DNA of 64,000 nucleotides from Candidatus Latescibacterota bacterium (lineage in GTDB: Bacteria; Krumholzibacteriota; Krumholzibacteriia; Krumholzibacteriales; Krumholzibacteriaceae), in NCBI GenBank assembly GCA_019038625.1, contig JAHOYU010000078.1, forward strand, positions 1,687 through 65,686. Reading direction: 5' to 3'. Below are positions 46,495 through 56,403 of the stretch, piece by piece. Under the pieces are notes generated by a model. That model made no database searches. It was not told where the DNA came from and saw nothing but the letters and a program-made list of their open reading frames with translations. A program made the translations under genes and the position numbers. Numbering within the stretch: the first letter of the stretch is position 1; the number at the start of each line of letters is the position of its first letter.

Positions 46495-47898
46495 TTGAAA
46501 AGAGCAAAGATAATATGTACGATCGGTCCAGCTTCGAGGGACGAAGACACTCTGAAGAAGCTTGTGGATGCGGGGATGAACGTGGCGAGGATCAATTTCT
46601 CTCACGGGAGTCATGCGGACCATCTGGAAGTAGTAAAAAGGATACGGGGAATCAGCGGTACGGTCGCTGTCATGCAGGACCTGCAGGGTCCGAAGATAAG
46701 GGTGGGCGAGCTTGATGATGGGGGTGTAGTCCTGGTCAGGGGAAGCGAGATCGTCCTGACTACGGGGGGCGACCCTGTCGAAGACGGGATGATCCCGGTG
46801 ACATATACCAGCCTGCCAGACGATGTCGTTCCAGGGAACAGCATATTTTTGAACGATGGATTGATCCATCTATCGGTAAAAAGTATCAAGGACAGGAAAG
46901 TCACCTGTGATGTGGTCCATGGAGGACTGCTGACTTCAAGAAAGGGAGTCAACCTGCCCGGCGTCAAGATCAGTTCCCCGGCGCTTACAGAAAAAGACAG
47001 GGAAGATCTGGATTTCGGCCTCGATATCGGGGTGGATTATGTCGCCCTGTCATTTGTGAGAAGCCCTGATGAAGTCCTTGAAATACAGGATATTATAAAT
47101 CACGCGGATTCTTCCGCTCGCGTGATCGCGAAGATCGAGAAACAGGAGGCACTCGACTGTATCGACAAGATCATAGAGGTCGCCGACGGGATAATGATCG
47201 CAAGGGGGGACCTGGGGGTGGAGATCCCGGCGGAGGAAGTGCCGATCGTCCAGAAGGAGCTTATCAATGCCTGTTTGAAAAGAGGCAAACCGGTGATCAC
47301 CGCGACTCAGATGCTCGAGTCGATGGTCTCGTCTGAAAGGCCTACGAGAGCAGAGGCGAGCGATGTTGCCAACGCTGTCATAGATGGTACAGATGCCGTC
47401 ATGCTGTCCGCCGAGACGGCGACGGGCAAGTTTCCGGTAAGGACAGTCAGAGTGATGTCCAGGATCATTGAAAAGGCAGAGGAGTTCAGTCTGTGCCGGC
47501 GGGAAAAGATCAGCCAGGGTGAAGTGATAACCTCAGACAAGGATATGATATTCACCGATGCTATATGTTCGGGTGTGGCTGCTGTGGCCAGAGATATCGA
47601 TGCCACCGCGATCGCCGTCCTGACCCATGGAGGACATACAGCCAGATTGATATCCAGACGCAGGCCGAATGTACCTGTACTGGCACTGACAGATTTTCTG
47701 CCTGTTGTCAGGCAGATGGCTCTTGTGTGGGGAGTGAGAGGCATCTCTGTCGAATGTATTGAAGAGACCGAGGCTATCTTCGCTATTGTCAAGGATATGG
47801 TGAGGAAAGTGGGGTTCAGCGGAAAGGTAGTGGTCACTGCCGGAATCCCGACTAAAGAGAGAAGGCCGAGCAATACCATTCATGTAATTGACATTTAA
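46495..47898 (+). CDS. pyk: Pyruvate kinase (TTG start)
   Basis: 'KIICTIGPAS...MNVARINFSHGSH' and 'MIARGDLGVEIP' signatures; RBS 'GGAGGAATA' upstream. Confidence 0.85.
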   Translation: MKRAKIICTIGPASRDEDTLKKLVDAGMNVARINFSHGSHADHLEVVKRIRGISGTVAVMQDLQGPKIRVGELDDGGVVLVRGSEIVLTTGGDPVEDGMIPVTYTSLPDDVVPGNSIFLNDGLIHLSVKSIKDRKVTCDVVHGGLLTSRKGVNLPGVKISSPALTEKDREDLDFGLDIGVDYVALSFVRSPDEVLEIQDIINHADSSARVIAKIEKQEALDCIDKIIEVADGIMIARGDLGVEIPAEEVPIVQKELINACLKRGKPVITATQMLESMVSSERPTRAEASDVANAVIDGTDAVMLSAETATGKFPVRTVRVMSRIIEKAEEFSLCRREKISQGEVITSDKDMIFTDAICSGVAAVARDIDATAIAVLTHGGHTARLISRRRPNVPVLALTDFLPVVRQMALVWGVRGISVECIEETEAIFAIVKDMVRKVGFSGKVVVTAGIPTKERRPSNTIHVIDI

Positions 47899-47952
47899 GG
47901 AAAGAAACTTTACGCGCTAGGGGCGACCGTTAAATATTTTTATTATCAAGGA

Positions 47953-47980
47953 GCAGGGGATTATTCCCCTGTTTTTCTTT
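47953..47980 (+). terminator. Intrinsic terminator after pyk
   Basis: CAGGGGA-ttatt-TCCCCTG followed by TTTTTCTTTT. Confidence 0.45.
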
Positions 47981-48282
47981 TATGACCCTGAATTTGCCGG
48001 GCAGAGCCGCCTGGCGAGGGCGCAACCCGTTTTATATAAAGGAGTTAAAAACCGTCTGGCTGAAGGGTGGGATGGGGGGCTTGTGCTGTCCCGTTATTCA
48101 TAGTAAATGGCCCCTTCTGGCATGGTACTTGATGTATCGTATAACCAGTACCATTGAGCCCGCGGAAGCTCTTTCTGAATACGGGGCCTCCCCCCCCAAC
48201 GTTAAGAGAATGGCTCAGGTAGGGTACTGAAAACCGAAGGGGCCATGAGCAGCAAGATTTCTTCTTTACCTTCGGGACCATA

Positions 48283-48314
48283 GGGACGGGCAGGACCACC
48301 CGTCCCGTTTTTTT
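48283..48314 (+). terminator. Intrinsic terminator ending a ~300-nt structured non-coding segment
   Basis: GGGACGGG-caggacca-CCCGTCCC then G+T7. A -35/-10-like pair (TTGACA 48327-48332, 17-nt spacer, TAGCTT) lies just downstream, before the citrate lyase gene. Confidence 0.5.
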
Positions 48315-48463
48315 ATCCATTCCTTTTTGACATCTAAAGGATTATTATGTAGCTTGTTTCATGCTCGTCCGTTTATATATCGAGCTGTCCAGGAAAAGTG
48401 TCCGGCCGTCTGTCTGGCCGGGTAGTATTCGTAGATAGGGGCCTTATCTTACCGGAGTTGATC

Positions 48464-49672
48464 ATGAGTGATATGAACGAGACTCGTGTTGGCAGAGAGG
48501 AGAAAAAAGGTGATCTTTCAGTTCTCCTCAAAAAGAAAGACAAAGGCGGAATCTCGATCGAGGTCGAGAGCAGCGTCGGACATATGTTCGGAGATCAGAT
48601 CAGGAAGACTGTCGAAGAGACCCTCGATCGGCTTGGTGTCGCAGATGCGGATATAAAAGTAGCCGATATGGGAGCATTTGATTACGTCATCCAGGCACGC
48701 GTGGAAGCTGCCGCCAGGAGGGTGTTCGAGATATCGGGCCCCGGGGTCCTACCGGATACCGTAGTAGAATACGATGAGGCGCGCAGGGACAGGCTCCGGC
48801 GGACCAGGCTCTACATGCCGGGGAACAATCCCGACCTTATGAGGAACGGAGGGTTGTTCGGCGCTGACTGCGTTATCCTTGACCTGGAAGATTCAGTATC
48901 TCCCCGGGAGAAAGACGCCGCGCGAGTCCTGATAAGAAACACACTGATAACAATAGATTATGGAAAGGCCGAAAGGATCGTAAGGATCAACCCCATGTCG
49001 ACAGAGTTCGGAGCGGACGATCTGAAGATGATAATCCCTGCCAGGCCAAATACGATCCTCATCCCGAAATGCGAGACCGCTGCCGATGTGACCGCAGTGG
49101 AAAAGATAGTCGAGGAGATTGAGAAACGTGAGAACATAGAGACCCCGACGCTGCTGATGCCATTGATCGAGACGGCGAATGGTATTCTCAACGCACGGGA
49201 GATCGGATCTTCGAGCAGTAGAGTGGTCGCGCTCTGTTTCGGCGCGGAAGACTTTACCGCGGATATCGGAGTCGCACGGACCAGAGAGGGTGGGGAGAGC
49301 CTGACGGCAAGATGTATGCTGGTGCTTGGAGCGAAAGCCTCCGGCGTCCAGGCGATCGACACGGTCTTCTCCGACATCAATGATATCGAGGGGCTGATCG
49401 AATCGACCCGCGAGGCGATGGCTCTCGGATTCGAGGGCAAGGGCGTCATCCATCCTTCGCAGATAAAGCCGATACACGAGGTGTTTTCGCCTACCCCCGA
49501 GAGAATAGAGTACGCGAAGAAAGTCGTGGCGGCGATCGAAAAAGCGAGAGCCAGTGGCAGCGGGGTGGCCACGATCGGAAGCAAGATGGTAGACGCGCCC
49601 ATAGAGTTGCGGGCAAGGAAGATCCTGAAACTGGCCGAAGCGCTTGGCCTTCTGGGCGAGGACGAAAAATGA
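48464..49672 (+). CDS. citE: Citrate lyase acyl-carrier (CitD-like) domain fused to citrate lyase beta subunit (citryl-CoA lyase, CitE)
   Basis: N-terminal ~90 aa resemble CitD ('GGISIEVESSVGHMFGDQIRKTV'). The remainder is a CitE/HpcH-family fold ('RTRLYMPGNNPDLM...DCVILDLEDSV'). Start at the ATG at 48464. Confidence 0.6.
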   Translation: MSDMNETRVGREEKKGDLSVLLKKKDKGGISIEVESSVGHMFGDQIRKTVEETLDRLGVADADIKVADMGAFDYVIQARVEAAARRVFEISGPGVLPDTVVEYDEARRDRLRRTRLYMPGNNPDLMRNGGLFGADCVILDLEDSVSPREKDAARVLIRNTLITIDYGKAERIVRINPMSTEFGADDLKMIIPARPNTILIPKCETAADVTAVEKIVEEIEKRENIETPTLLMPLIETANGILNAREIGSSSSRVVALCFGAEDFTADIGVARTREGGESLTARCMLVLGAKASGVQAIDTVFSDINDIEGLIESTREAMALGFEGKGVIHPSQIKPIHEVFSPTPERIEYAKKVVAAIEKARASGSGVATIGSKMVDAPIELRARKILKLAEALGLLGEDEK

Positions 49673-49733
49673 TAGACACCTCCGGCCGGTACCCGGTCCG
49701 GAAGGTGGAAAAGTATACGACTATTGAAAAAGA

Positions 49734-51293
49734 ATGGGGGTAAGGATCGTGAAGATGGTCCGCAATGCCGTTGGGAGAATGATTCCTGAGGAGATCGATG
49801 GAAAAAAGATAAAGCCTTTCATGGGTGCCCACGAGGATCACGGAGGCGGAAGAAAAGCAGCACCTCCGATCCGCGCTGTCGTCGATTACGAGAACAAGAT
49901 GCTGGCTTCTCTCGACGAGGCGATCGAAGCATGCGAGATCAGGAACGGCATGACGGTCTCTTTTCATCATCATCTTAGAAATGGCGATCACGTCGTCAAT
50001 ATGGTAGTCGACAAACTCGCCAGAAAGGGGTTGAAGAACCTCACTCTGGCACCTTCCGCCCTCTTTCCAGTACACGAGCCCCTGGTGCAGCATGTAGAGA
50101 ACGGCGTGATATCACATATCGAGGGCTCGATGAACGGGCCGGTCGGCCGCGCCTGTTCTCTCGGAAAGATGAGTAAGACATGTATCCTTCGATCGCATGG
50201 AGGCAGATACAGGGCTATTCAGGATGGTGACCTCCACGTCGACGTCGCCTTCATCGCGGCACCTGTCGCAGACTCTTTAGGAAACTGCAACGGATACGGG
50301 GGCCCCTCCGCATGCGGAGTGATGAGCTACGCTCTTGCGGACTCCCTCTACGCGGACAAGGTCGTAGTCCTGACCGACAATCTGGTACCTTTTCCGAATT
50401 ATCCCTGGATAATCCGCGGCGGAAACGTCGATTATATCTGCCAGCTGGAGAATCTCGGTGATCCGGAAAAGATAGTGTCCGGGACAACGAGGATCACCAA
50501 AAGCCCGACAAGACAGCTGATAGCGGAGTATGCCGCGAGGCTGGTCAGCGATCTTGGCCTGATGGAAGAACCGGAGTTTTCCTTCCAGGCAGGAGCGGGG
50601 GGCATATCGCTCGCCTTCCTGAAGTATATGGGGGACATGCTTCGTGAAAAGGGGCTTAAAGCCTCTTTCGCCCGCGGTGGGTCGAACAAGTTCCTCGTCG
50701 ATCTTCTGGAGGAGGGTCTGATAGAGTATATCCTGGACGGCCAGTGTTTCGACCAGGTCGGAGTCCGCTCTCTCGGGGAGAATCCGCGCCACATCGAAAC
50801 AGACCCTTTCACCTCATATAATTATCATACGAAGGGAAACTTCGCTACGAGAGTAAAGGCCGCCGTACTCGGCGCGACCGAGATAGATGTCGATTTCAAT
50901 GTGAATGTAAACACGCATTCCGATGGATGGCTTCTTCACGGTATCGGTGGGTTCGCCGATGTCTGCGACGCCTGGTGTACGATCATAACGGTGCCCCTGC
51001 ACAGGGGAAGGCTGGCTACGATCGTCGACAGCGTCACGACTGTGACAGTGCCCGGTGAGACCGTCGATGTACTCGTCACAGAGCGGGGTATAGCCGTAAA
51101 TCCTGCCAGGACCGATATCCTGGAACGTCTTAAAGATACGGACCTGCCTGTCGTACCAATCGAAAAACTGAGGAAGATGGCGCTGGATCTTGCCGGCGAA
51201 CCGAAAAAACCGGAGTTCGAGGAGCGGATAGTCGCCCTCATAGAATACCGGGATGGCACGGTTATTGATACTGTCCGGCAATTGAAGGCATAG
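49734..51293 (+). CDS. citF: Citrate lyase alpha subunit (citrate CoA-transferase)
   Basis: 519 aa, immediately downstream of citDE; this length and position are typical of CitF. Confidence 0.7.
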   Translation: MGVRIVKMVRNAVGRMIPEEIDGKKIKPFMGAHEDHGGGRKAAPPIRAVVDYENKMLASLDEAIEACEIRNGMTVSFHHHLRNGDHVVNMVVDKLARKGLKNLTLAPSALFPVHEPLVQHVENGVISHIEGSMNGPVGRACSLGKMSKTCILRSHGGRYRAIQDGDLHVDVAFIAAPVADSLGNCNGYGGPSACGVMSYALADSLYADKVVVLTDNLVPFPNYPWIIRGGNVDYICQLENLGDPEKIVSGTTRITKSPTRQLIAEYAARLVSDLGLMEEPEFSFQAGAGGISLAFLKYMGDMLREKGLKASFARGGSNKFLVDLLEEGLIEYILDGQCFDQVGVRSLGENPRHIETDPFTSYNYHTKGNFATRVKAAVLGATEIDVDFNVNVNTHSDGWLLHGIGGFADVCDAWCTIITVPLHRGRLATIVDSVTTVTVPGETVDVLVTERGIAVNPARTDILERLKDTDLPVVPIEKLRKMALDLAGEPKKPEFEERIVALIEYRDGTVIDTVRQLKA

Positions 51294-51361
51294 AGGGGCC
51301 CATCTGACTTCAGTGCAGCGCTTCGGGTCCCCAGCCCGAGCGATTTTCAAAATAATCCGTA

Positions 51362-53341
51362 ATGCGCGGAACTACGCGCGGTTCTGTCTATAACAAGGGA
51401 GTTGTCGTGCCTGACTCCAGCGGGGCCATTTCAAAAACCCTGGCAGACCGATTGACAGGTTATGCCGTAAATACCGGCAATTTTGTGTCTGACTCTTACA
51501 GGATCCTTACCCTTTCTCTGAAAGACAGCGTTACACTTGAAGCCAGATCGGCGAAGGATGTCCTGAATAAAAATGGCAGCCTCTCATATATCACCAGGAA
51601 GACGAGTCGTTCCGCCGCTATGACCGAGATCTTTTTCGGAGACCCGGACAAGAGACAGTCCGGGATCATGGAAGCAGCTTGTGAATATATTGAGCGGCGC
51701 ATCGACGGGGGTATGGAGCTTCTTTACTTGGACAAGCTGATGGGCCTTCATCCGGACCACTCACATTATTGCAGGACCATTATCACCCCGGAATTTGCCA
51801 GGATGCTTGTGATGTGGGACAGGCTGATATTCGACGTTCCAGAGGAGAGGTTGGGTGGTGGGCCGGACCAGGTACAGGTCATGATCCCTGAATGGGCGGA
51901 ATACGCAAGGCTGAACGGATTGCCGGAGGTGGCTATCCTGGTGGATGCAGTGAATAATGTGACCTTTGCTCTCGGAAGCGATTATTTCGGCGAGATCAAG
52001 AAAGGTCATCTCCGCATGGCGATGTACCGTGAAAAACTGAAATACAGGGATGGTTCCGGTGGTGGCCTGGGAGTGCATGCCGGTGGAAAAGTGATCAGGG
52101 CGAAGGATTCAGCGAGCGGAAGGCTGGAGGAAAAGGGAGCACTTTTTTTTGGACTGAGCGGCACTGGAAAGACGACGCTCTCTGTCCATCACTTCTGGCT
52201 CGATCCCGAGCAGGGCGAGTCCGTAATAATCAGGCAGGACGATTTTTTTGTGCTGGCCGCCGACTCTGCGGCCTTCGGGACCGAAGACAATGCCTATATA
52301 AAGACTGAAGGGCTGGAGCCGAAAAGCCAGCAGCTGCTTTTTGAGGGCGCGATGAGTCCACACTCGATACTGGAGAATGTGTATGTCGACCCAGAGACGC
52401 TCGAACCCGATTTCTTCAGGTTCGACCACCCCTGGACTCCCGGGGGAATGTGCTATAACGGCCGGGGAATAGTCATAAGAAAAGAACTCGATTTCACAGA
52501 TGACAGGGTCGATCTTGACAGGGTAGATATGATCTTTTTTATCACGCGAAGGGAAACGGTCATTCCCCCTGTCATGCGCCTCAGCACGGAGCAGGCTGCC
52601 GCAGCCTTTATGCTCGGAGAGTCTATCCTGACCTCCGCGGCGGATCCGACGAAGGCGGGCCAGTCGGTTCTCGAAGTGGGGACCAATCCGTTCATCGTAG
52701 GCTCGGGAGGAGAGGAAGGGAATATCTTCTACAGTATTCTTAAAAATAATCCTCATATCAGGTGTTATCTTTTCAATACCGGTGGGTTTGGAGGAAGGAA
52801 CGTGGATGCCGGCTCGGAAAACCTCGCTGGTGAAGGTGTGATGGAAGTGTTGAAAAGTTACCTTGCGGGGCAATGGCAGGAGGGAAAGGGATGTCTCGTC
52901 CGGCGGAAACTGATGGACGGGGCCGAGGAGGAATTCAAAGTGGAGCGAGTCCGCCTGGAACTCGATGGGGACGGCAGGCGGTACAGGTCGCGTGGGGAGA
53001 TCCAGACGGTCGTAGACATGGTTGAGGCCGGGGAAATCGACGCGAAGGATTTCCAGCTGGTCAGAGTCGAAGTACTGGCTGGCCAGAAAGTAAAGATACA
53101 GGATTCATCAGCCTTTATCAGAGAGATCGCCAGGGGGACGGTGGAGTGGGCGAAAGAAGATTACTGGGGATACGATGTTCCCACGTCGATGCCTGGTATG
53201 GATCTTTCGCGGTTCGATGAAAAGAGATACTACACAGAATCAGAGATCAAAGAGTTGAAGGACAGGATCAGGGCCGAAAGGATCGAGTGGCTGCATTCGT
53301 TCGATGACCTCGATCCTGAGATCAGGGATATTTTCGGGTAA
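51362..53341 (+). CDS. pckA: Phosphoenolpyruvate carboxykinase (ATP) with ~100-aa C-terminal extension
   Basis: Kinase-1a 'FFGLSGTGKTTLS' and 'GSDYFGEIKKG' motifs at the positions expected from PckA; the protein is ~120 aa longer than typical. Confidence 0.7.
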   Translation: MRGTTRGSVYNKGVVVPDSSGAISKTLADRLTGYAVNTGNFVSDSYRILTLSLKDSVTLEARSAKDVLNKNGSLSYITRKTSRSAAMTEIFFGDPDKRQSGIMEAACEYIERRIDGGMELLYLDKLMGLHPDHSHYCRTIITPEFARMLVMWDRLIFDVPEERLGGGPDQVQVMIPEWAEYARLNGLPEVAILVDAVNNVTFALGSDYFGEIKKGHLRMAMYREKLKYRDGSGGGLGVHAGGKVIRAKDSASGRLEEKGALFFGLSGTGKTTLSVHHFWLDPEQGESVIIRQDDFFVLAADSAAFGTEDNAYIKTEGLEPKSQQLLFEGAMSPHSILENVYVDPETLEPDFFRFDHPWTPGGMCYNGRGIVIRKELDFTDDRVDLDRVDMIFFITRRETVIPPVMRLSTEQAAAAFMLGESILTSAADPTKAGQSVLEVGTNPFIVGSGGEEGNIFYSILKNNPHIRCYLFNTGGFGGRNVDAGSENLAGEGVMEVLKSYLAGQWQEGKGCLVRRKLMDGAEEEFKVERVRLELDGDGRRYRSRGEIQTVVDMVEAGEIDAKDFQLVRVEVLAGQKVKIQDSSAFIREIARGTVEWAKEDYWGYDVPTSMPGMDLSRFDEKRYYTESEIKELKDRIRAERIEWLHSFDDLDPEIRDIFG

Positions 53342-53453
53342 TCCGAAACCAGCCAATAGCTTACGGACGCAAAGCCGGAATCGAATCTTTATTCTCCAAA
53401 AGCACTCACTTGACAGATGAGAGATCTGGTGTATACTCGACGGACTACAGATA

Positions 53454-53825
53454 TTGGAGGCATCAATGAGATTCTTACGGGGAAATTCGATTCGGTTCAT
53501 AGTCTTCCCGGTACTCCTTGCCATCTCATTCGTCCTTCTTCCGCTGAGATCACATGCCCGCGACGAAAGCCTGATCAAGATCGAAGTACAGGCCATGTAT
53601 GATACCGGGCAGTTCGGGGAGCCGGGGCACGACCCGTTCCTCAGCAGATTTCAGCCGGGGGGACAGGGATCAAATGGAGACCGCGAAGGGGGATCCCTTA
53701 CCGACCCTGACTCCGGACAAAACGGAGAAGGGCAGGGAGGCCCACCTCTCTCGGAATGGGATATTGAGACTATTATCCGGACCCTGGGCAAGAGCCTGGT
53801 CGGAACAATCAATCAGCTGTTCTGA
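53454..53825 (+). CDS. Small secreted Gly/Gln-rich hypothetical protein
   Basis: Signal peptide 'FIVFPVLLAISFVLLPLRSHA'; low-complexity mature region. Confidence 0.3.
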   Translation: MEASMRFLRGNSIRFIVFPVLLAISFVLLPLRSHARDESLIKIEVQAMYDTGQFGEPGHDPFLSRFQPGGQGSNGDREGGSLTDPDSGQNGEGQGGPPLSEWDIETIIRTLGKSLVGTINQLF

Positions 53826-53901
53826 TCTCTTGTCCGTGTGTGAGAAATAGTGCCATTAACCAGACCGGGTGGTATCCGCCAGGAATCTGACGCGGAGGAC
53901 C

Positions 53902-56337
53902 ATGCCGGAGAGCCGACCAGATATGGTTGAAGTAGATAAACTGATTCGCAGGATCGAATCTTATGTGGACAGCAAGGATTACAGGTCTGCCCTGTCGACT
54001 CTTGACCGTTCGGACTGGCTGGACCTTGCCGAGATCCCTTCGGCCGGGCACAGGGAACTGTCGCTTCTTCTCGCCAGGACACTTTATAACTCGTATGAAC
54101 ATGACAGAGCCTCTTCGGTCCTCGACACCCTGCTCGATCTCTATCCCGATATCCGGGCAGAAAAAGACTTTATTTTCCTCAAGTCTCAGATATTGATCAA
54201 GACCGGAGACCCTTCCGGAGCCGAGAGACTGCTTCGCGCGTCTCTGGATGATGAACATAGCCGGGAAGACGAATTTTTCCTGAGATTCTGCCTGGGCAAG
54301 GCCTGTTTCTGGAAAGGGGACTATCTCAGCGCGAATCTTCTCCTGGAGGCCTGCAGACAGTATTATCTCTCTTCCGATGACAGGTTCATGCTGGGTAATG
54401 TCCAGTATATGCTGGGCTATACGTCCTTTCAGAGGTCTTTCTTCGAACAGGCCGAGGAATACTATAATAACGCGACCGACTGTTTCAATATCACCGGCGA
54501 TGGGAAGCAGCTTGCGGCGACCTGTCATATGATGGGTATCCTTTTGTACCGGACCGGAAAATACAGAGAGGCTGAAGAACTTCTCATCAGGTCGGGCAAG
54601 TCATTCGAGACTCTCGGAGATTCCATCGGAGTAGCCGAATCCTGGATAGCCAGGGCCCGGGTGAACATGTATCTCGGAAAGTACAAAGATGCCGAGCGGC
54701 TGTTGGACAGGGCATACAGGAGGGCCAGAGAGTCGGGATACAGGAGAGGTGAGGCGCTTGCCGCCGAATTCCTCGGAGAGACGGCGCTTAAGAGAGGCGA
54801 TCATCTGAGGGCAGGGAGATTTCTTGTCAAAGCAGAAAGACTTGCTCTGGAAATAGCTCCTTCCGGGGATATAGCGGCCGAAGTGTACAGAAGACTTGGA
54901 GACCTCAACGTAGCCTGCGGAGACTTCGACGAAGCGAAGACTGTCCTGGAGAAGAGTATGAGGCTGACGACAAGCCTCCATGATGACTATGAGCTGGGTT
55001 GTGTCCTGCGGGCATTCGGTCGTCTCGAAGCCGCGATGGGACATTATGAGCTTTCAATGTCGTATTTTAACGAAGGTATATCGATTCTGCGCATGATCAA
55101 GGAATCGTTCGAGCTGGCGAACACATGCGTGTCGGCCGCGGAGGCTCTCACGGGATGGGCCAGGAAGGCCGACGGCGAAGGATCTGACAATAAAAGATTA
55201 TTCTCTGAAGCGAGGACTTATGCCATGGAGGCGGCTCACCTCTACCAGTCGATAGGACTGGAGGACGAGGTGTCCAGATGCGACAAGCTGACCGGGAAGC
55301 TGTTGAATGAATCCTGGCAGGAAGAGGATCTCTCGGGCTTTACAAGGTTGAAGTTCGATGACGAATGGCTTTGTGAGGGCTCTGCGGTCGCCAGGTCGGC
55401 TCAGATGCGCCACGTCGTGGCGAGGGCGGTCTCGCTCGCGTCCAGCACGATCCCGGTCCTGATCACGGGAGAGACGGGAACTGGCAAGGAAGTCATCGCC
55501 AGGCTCCTTCACCGGTGCAGCGACAGGGCTGACGGACCCTTTATCGCTATCAACTGCGCCTCTATAACAGAGAGTGTATTTGAAAGCGAGCTGTTCGGTC
55601 ACCGAAAAGGCGCGTTCACCGGGGCCGACAGGGACAGGATGGGGATCATAGAGAGAGCCTCGGGAGGAACTCTTTTTCTCGACGAGATCTCTGAACTTTC
55701 AGTCTCACAGCAGGCGAAGCTTCTGAGATTCTTCCAGGAGCAAAAGATAAGAAGAGTAGGTGAATCGAAAGAACGACAGGTCAATATCAGGCTTGTCTCG
55801 GCATCGAACCAGAATCTCGAATCTCTGTTGAAAAACGGCGGGCTCAGGAAGGATTTTTACTACAGGGTGCTTACGGCGTCGATAGAGCTTGAACCGCTGA
55901 GAAGAAGGAAAGAAGATATAGAGGCGTTGTTCTCCTGGTACATGAGACAGTCGGGATGCGATCCCCTCGTCGAGAACGGGCTTGTGGAGCTTCTCAAGGT
56001 CTACCACTGGCCGGGGAATGTAAGGCAGTTGATAAGTGTCGTCAAGATACTGGCCATAATAGGTAAAAGCACGGGACGGATCGGAAGAAACGACCTGCCC
56101 GTGAATATCAGGAGCCACTACATCGGTGGGCTCGACAGCAGGACGACTGAGAATGGCAGTCCGCTGAAGACGAAGGAGATCCCTTCGATAGGACTTGTGA
56201 GGGATCCGCTGGAGATCCGGAGTCTCGTAATATCGAGTCTCGTAAAGACGAACGGGAACAAGTCAGCCGCCGCCAGGGAACTCGGTGTTTCGAGAAGCAC
56301 CTTCTACAGGGTGCTGAAGGACATGGATATTTATTAG
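53902..56337 (+). CDS. Sigma-54-dependent transcriptional activator with N-terminal TPR-repeat sensor region and C-terminal Fis-type HTH
   Basis: AAA+ sigma-54 interaction domain ('[19 protein letters not shown]', 'GAFTGA', 'GGTLFLDEI') and a C-terminal HTH ('[17 protein letters not shown]'). The N-terminal ~450 aa are TPR-like. Confidence 0.75.
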   Translation: MPESRPDMVEVDKLIRRIESYVDSKDYRSALSTLDRSDWLDLAEIPSAGHRELSLLLARTLYNSYEHDRASSVLDTLLDLYPDIRAEKDFIFLKSQILIKTGDPSGAERLLRASLDDEHSREDEFFLRFCLGKACFWKGDYLSANLLLEACRQYYLSSDDRFMLGNVQYMLGYTSFQRSFFEQAEEYYNNATDCFNITGDGKQLAATCHMMGILLYRTGKYREAEELLIRSGKSFETLGDSIGVAESWIARARVNMYLGKYKDAERLLDRAYRRARESGYRRGEALAAEFLGETALKRGDHLRAGRFLVKAERLALEIAPSGDIAAEVYRRLGDLNVACGDFDEAKTVLEKSMRLTTSLHDDYELGCVLRAFGRLEAAMGHYELSMSYFNEGISILRMIKESFELANTCVSAAEALTGWARKADGEGSDNKRLFSEARTYAMEAAHLYQSIGLEDEVSRCDKLTGKLLNESWQEEDLSGFTRLKFDDEWLCEGSAVARSAQMRHVVARAVSLASSTIPVLITGETGTGKEVIARLLHRCSDRADGPFIAINCASITESVFESELFGHRKGAFTGADRDRMGIIERASGGTLFLDEISELSVSQQAKLLRFFQEQKIRRVGESKERQVNIRLVSASNQNLESLLKNGGLRKDFYYRVLTASIELEPLRRRKEDIEALFSWYMRQSGCDPLVENGLVELLKVYHWPGNVRQLISVVKILAIIGKSTGRIGRNDLPVNIRSHYIGGLDSRTTENGSPLKTKEIPSIGLVRDPLEIRSLVISSLVKTNGNKSAAARELGVSRSTFYRVLKDMDIY

Positions 56338-56403
56338 ATTTCTGTTATATTCAATTTGTGATCTGGTTGTTTATTAATCCCGCCCCTGATATGTGAGGTC
56401 GAT

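Noticed and set aside
47982-48230. 82-aa ORF between pyk and citrate lyase
   Set aside because: It has an implausible composition, no RBS, and overlaps predicted RNA hairpins. It is better explained as a non-coding structured region.
51362-51616. Alternative later start for PEPCK (MTEIFFG...)
   Set aside because: Positional comparison of the ATP-site motif (GLSGTGKTTLS at ~residue 265) with E. coli PckA (~residue 250) supports the long N-terminus. The extra length is therefore C-terminal rather than a mis-called start.
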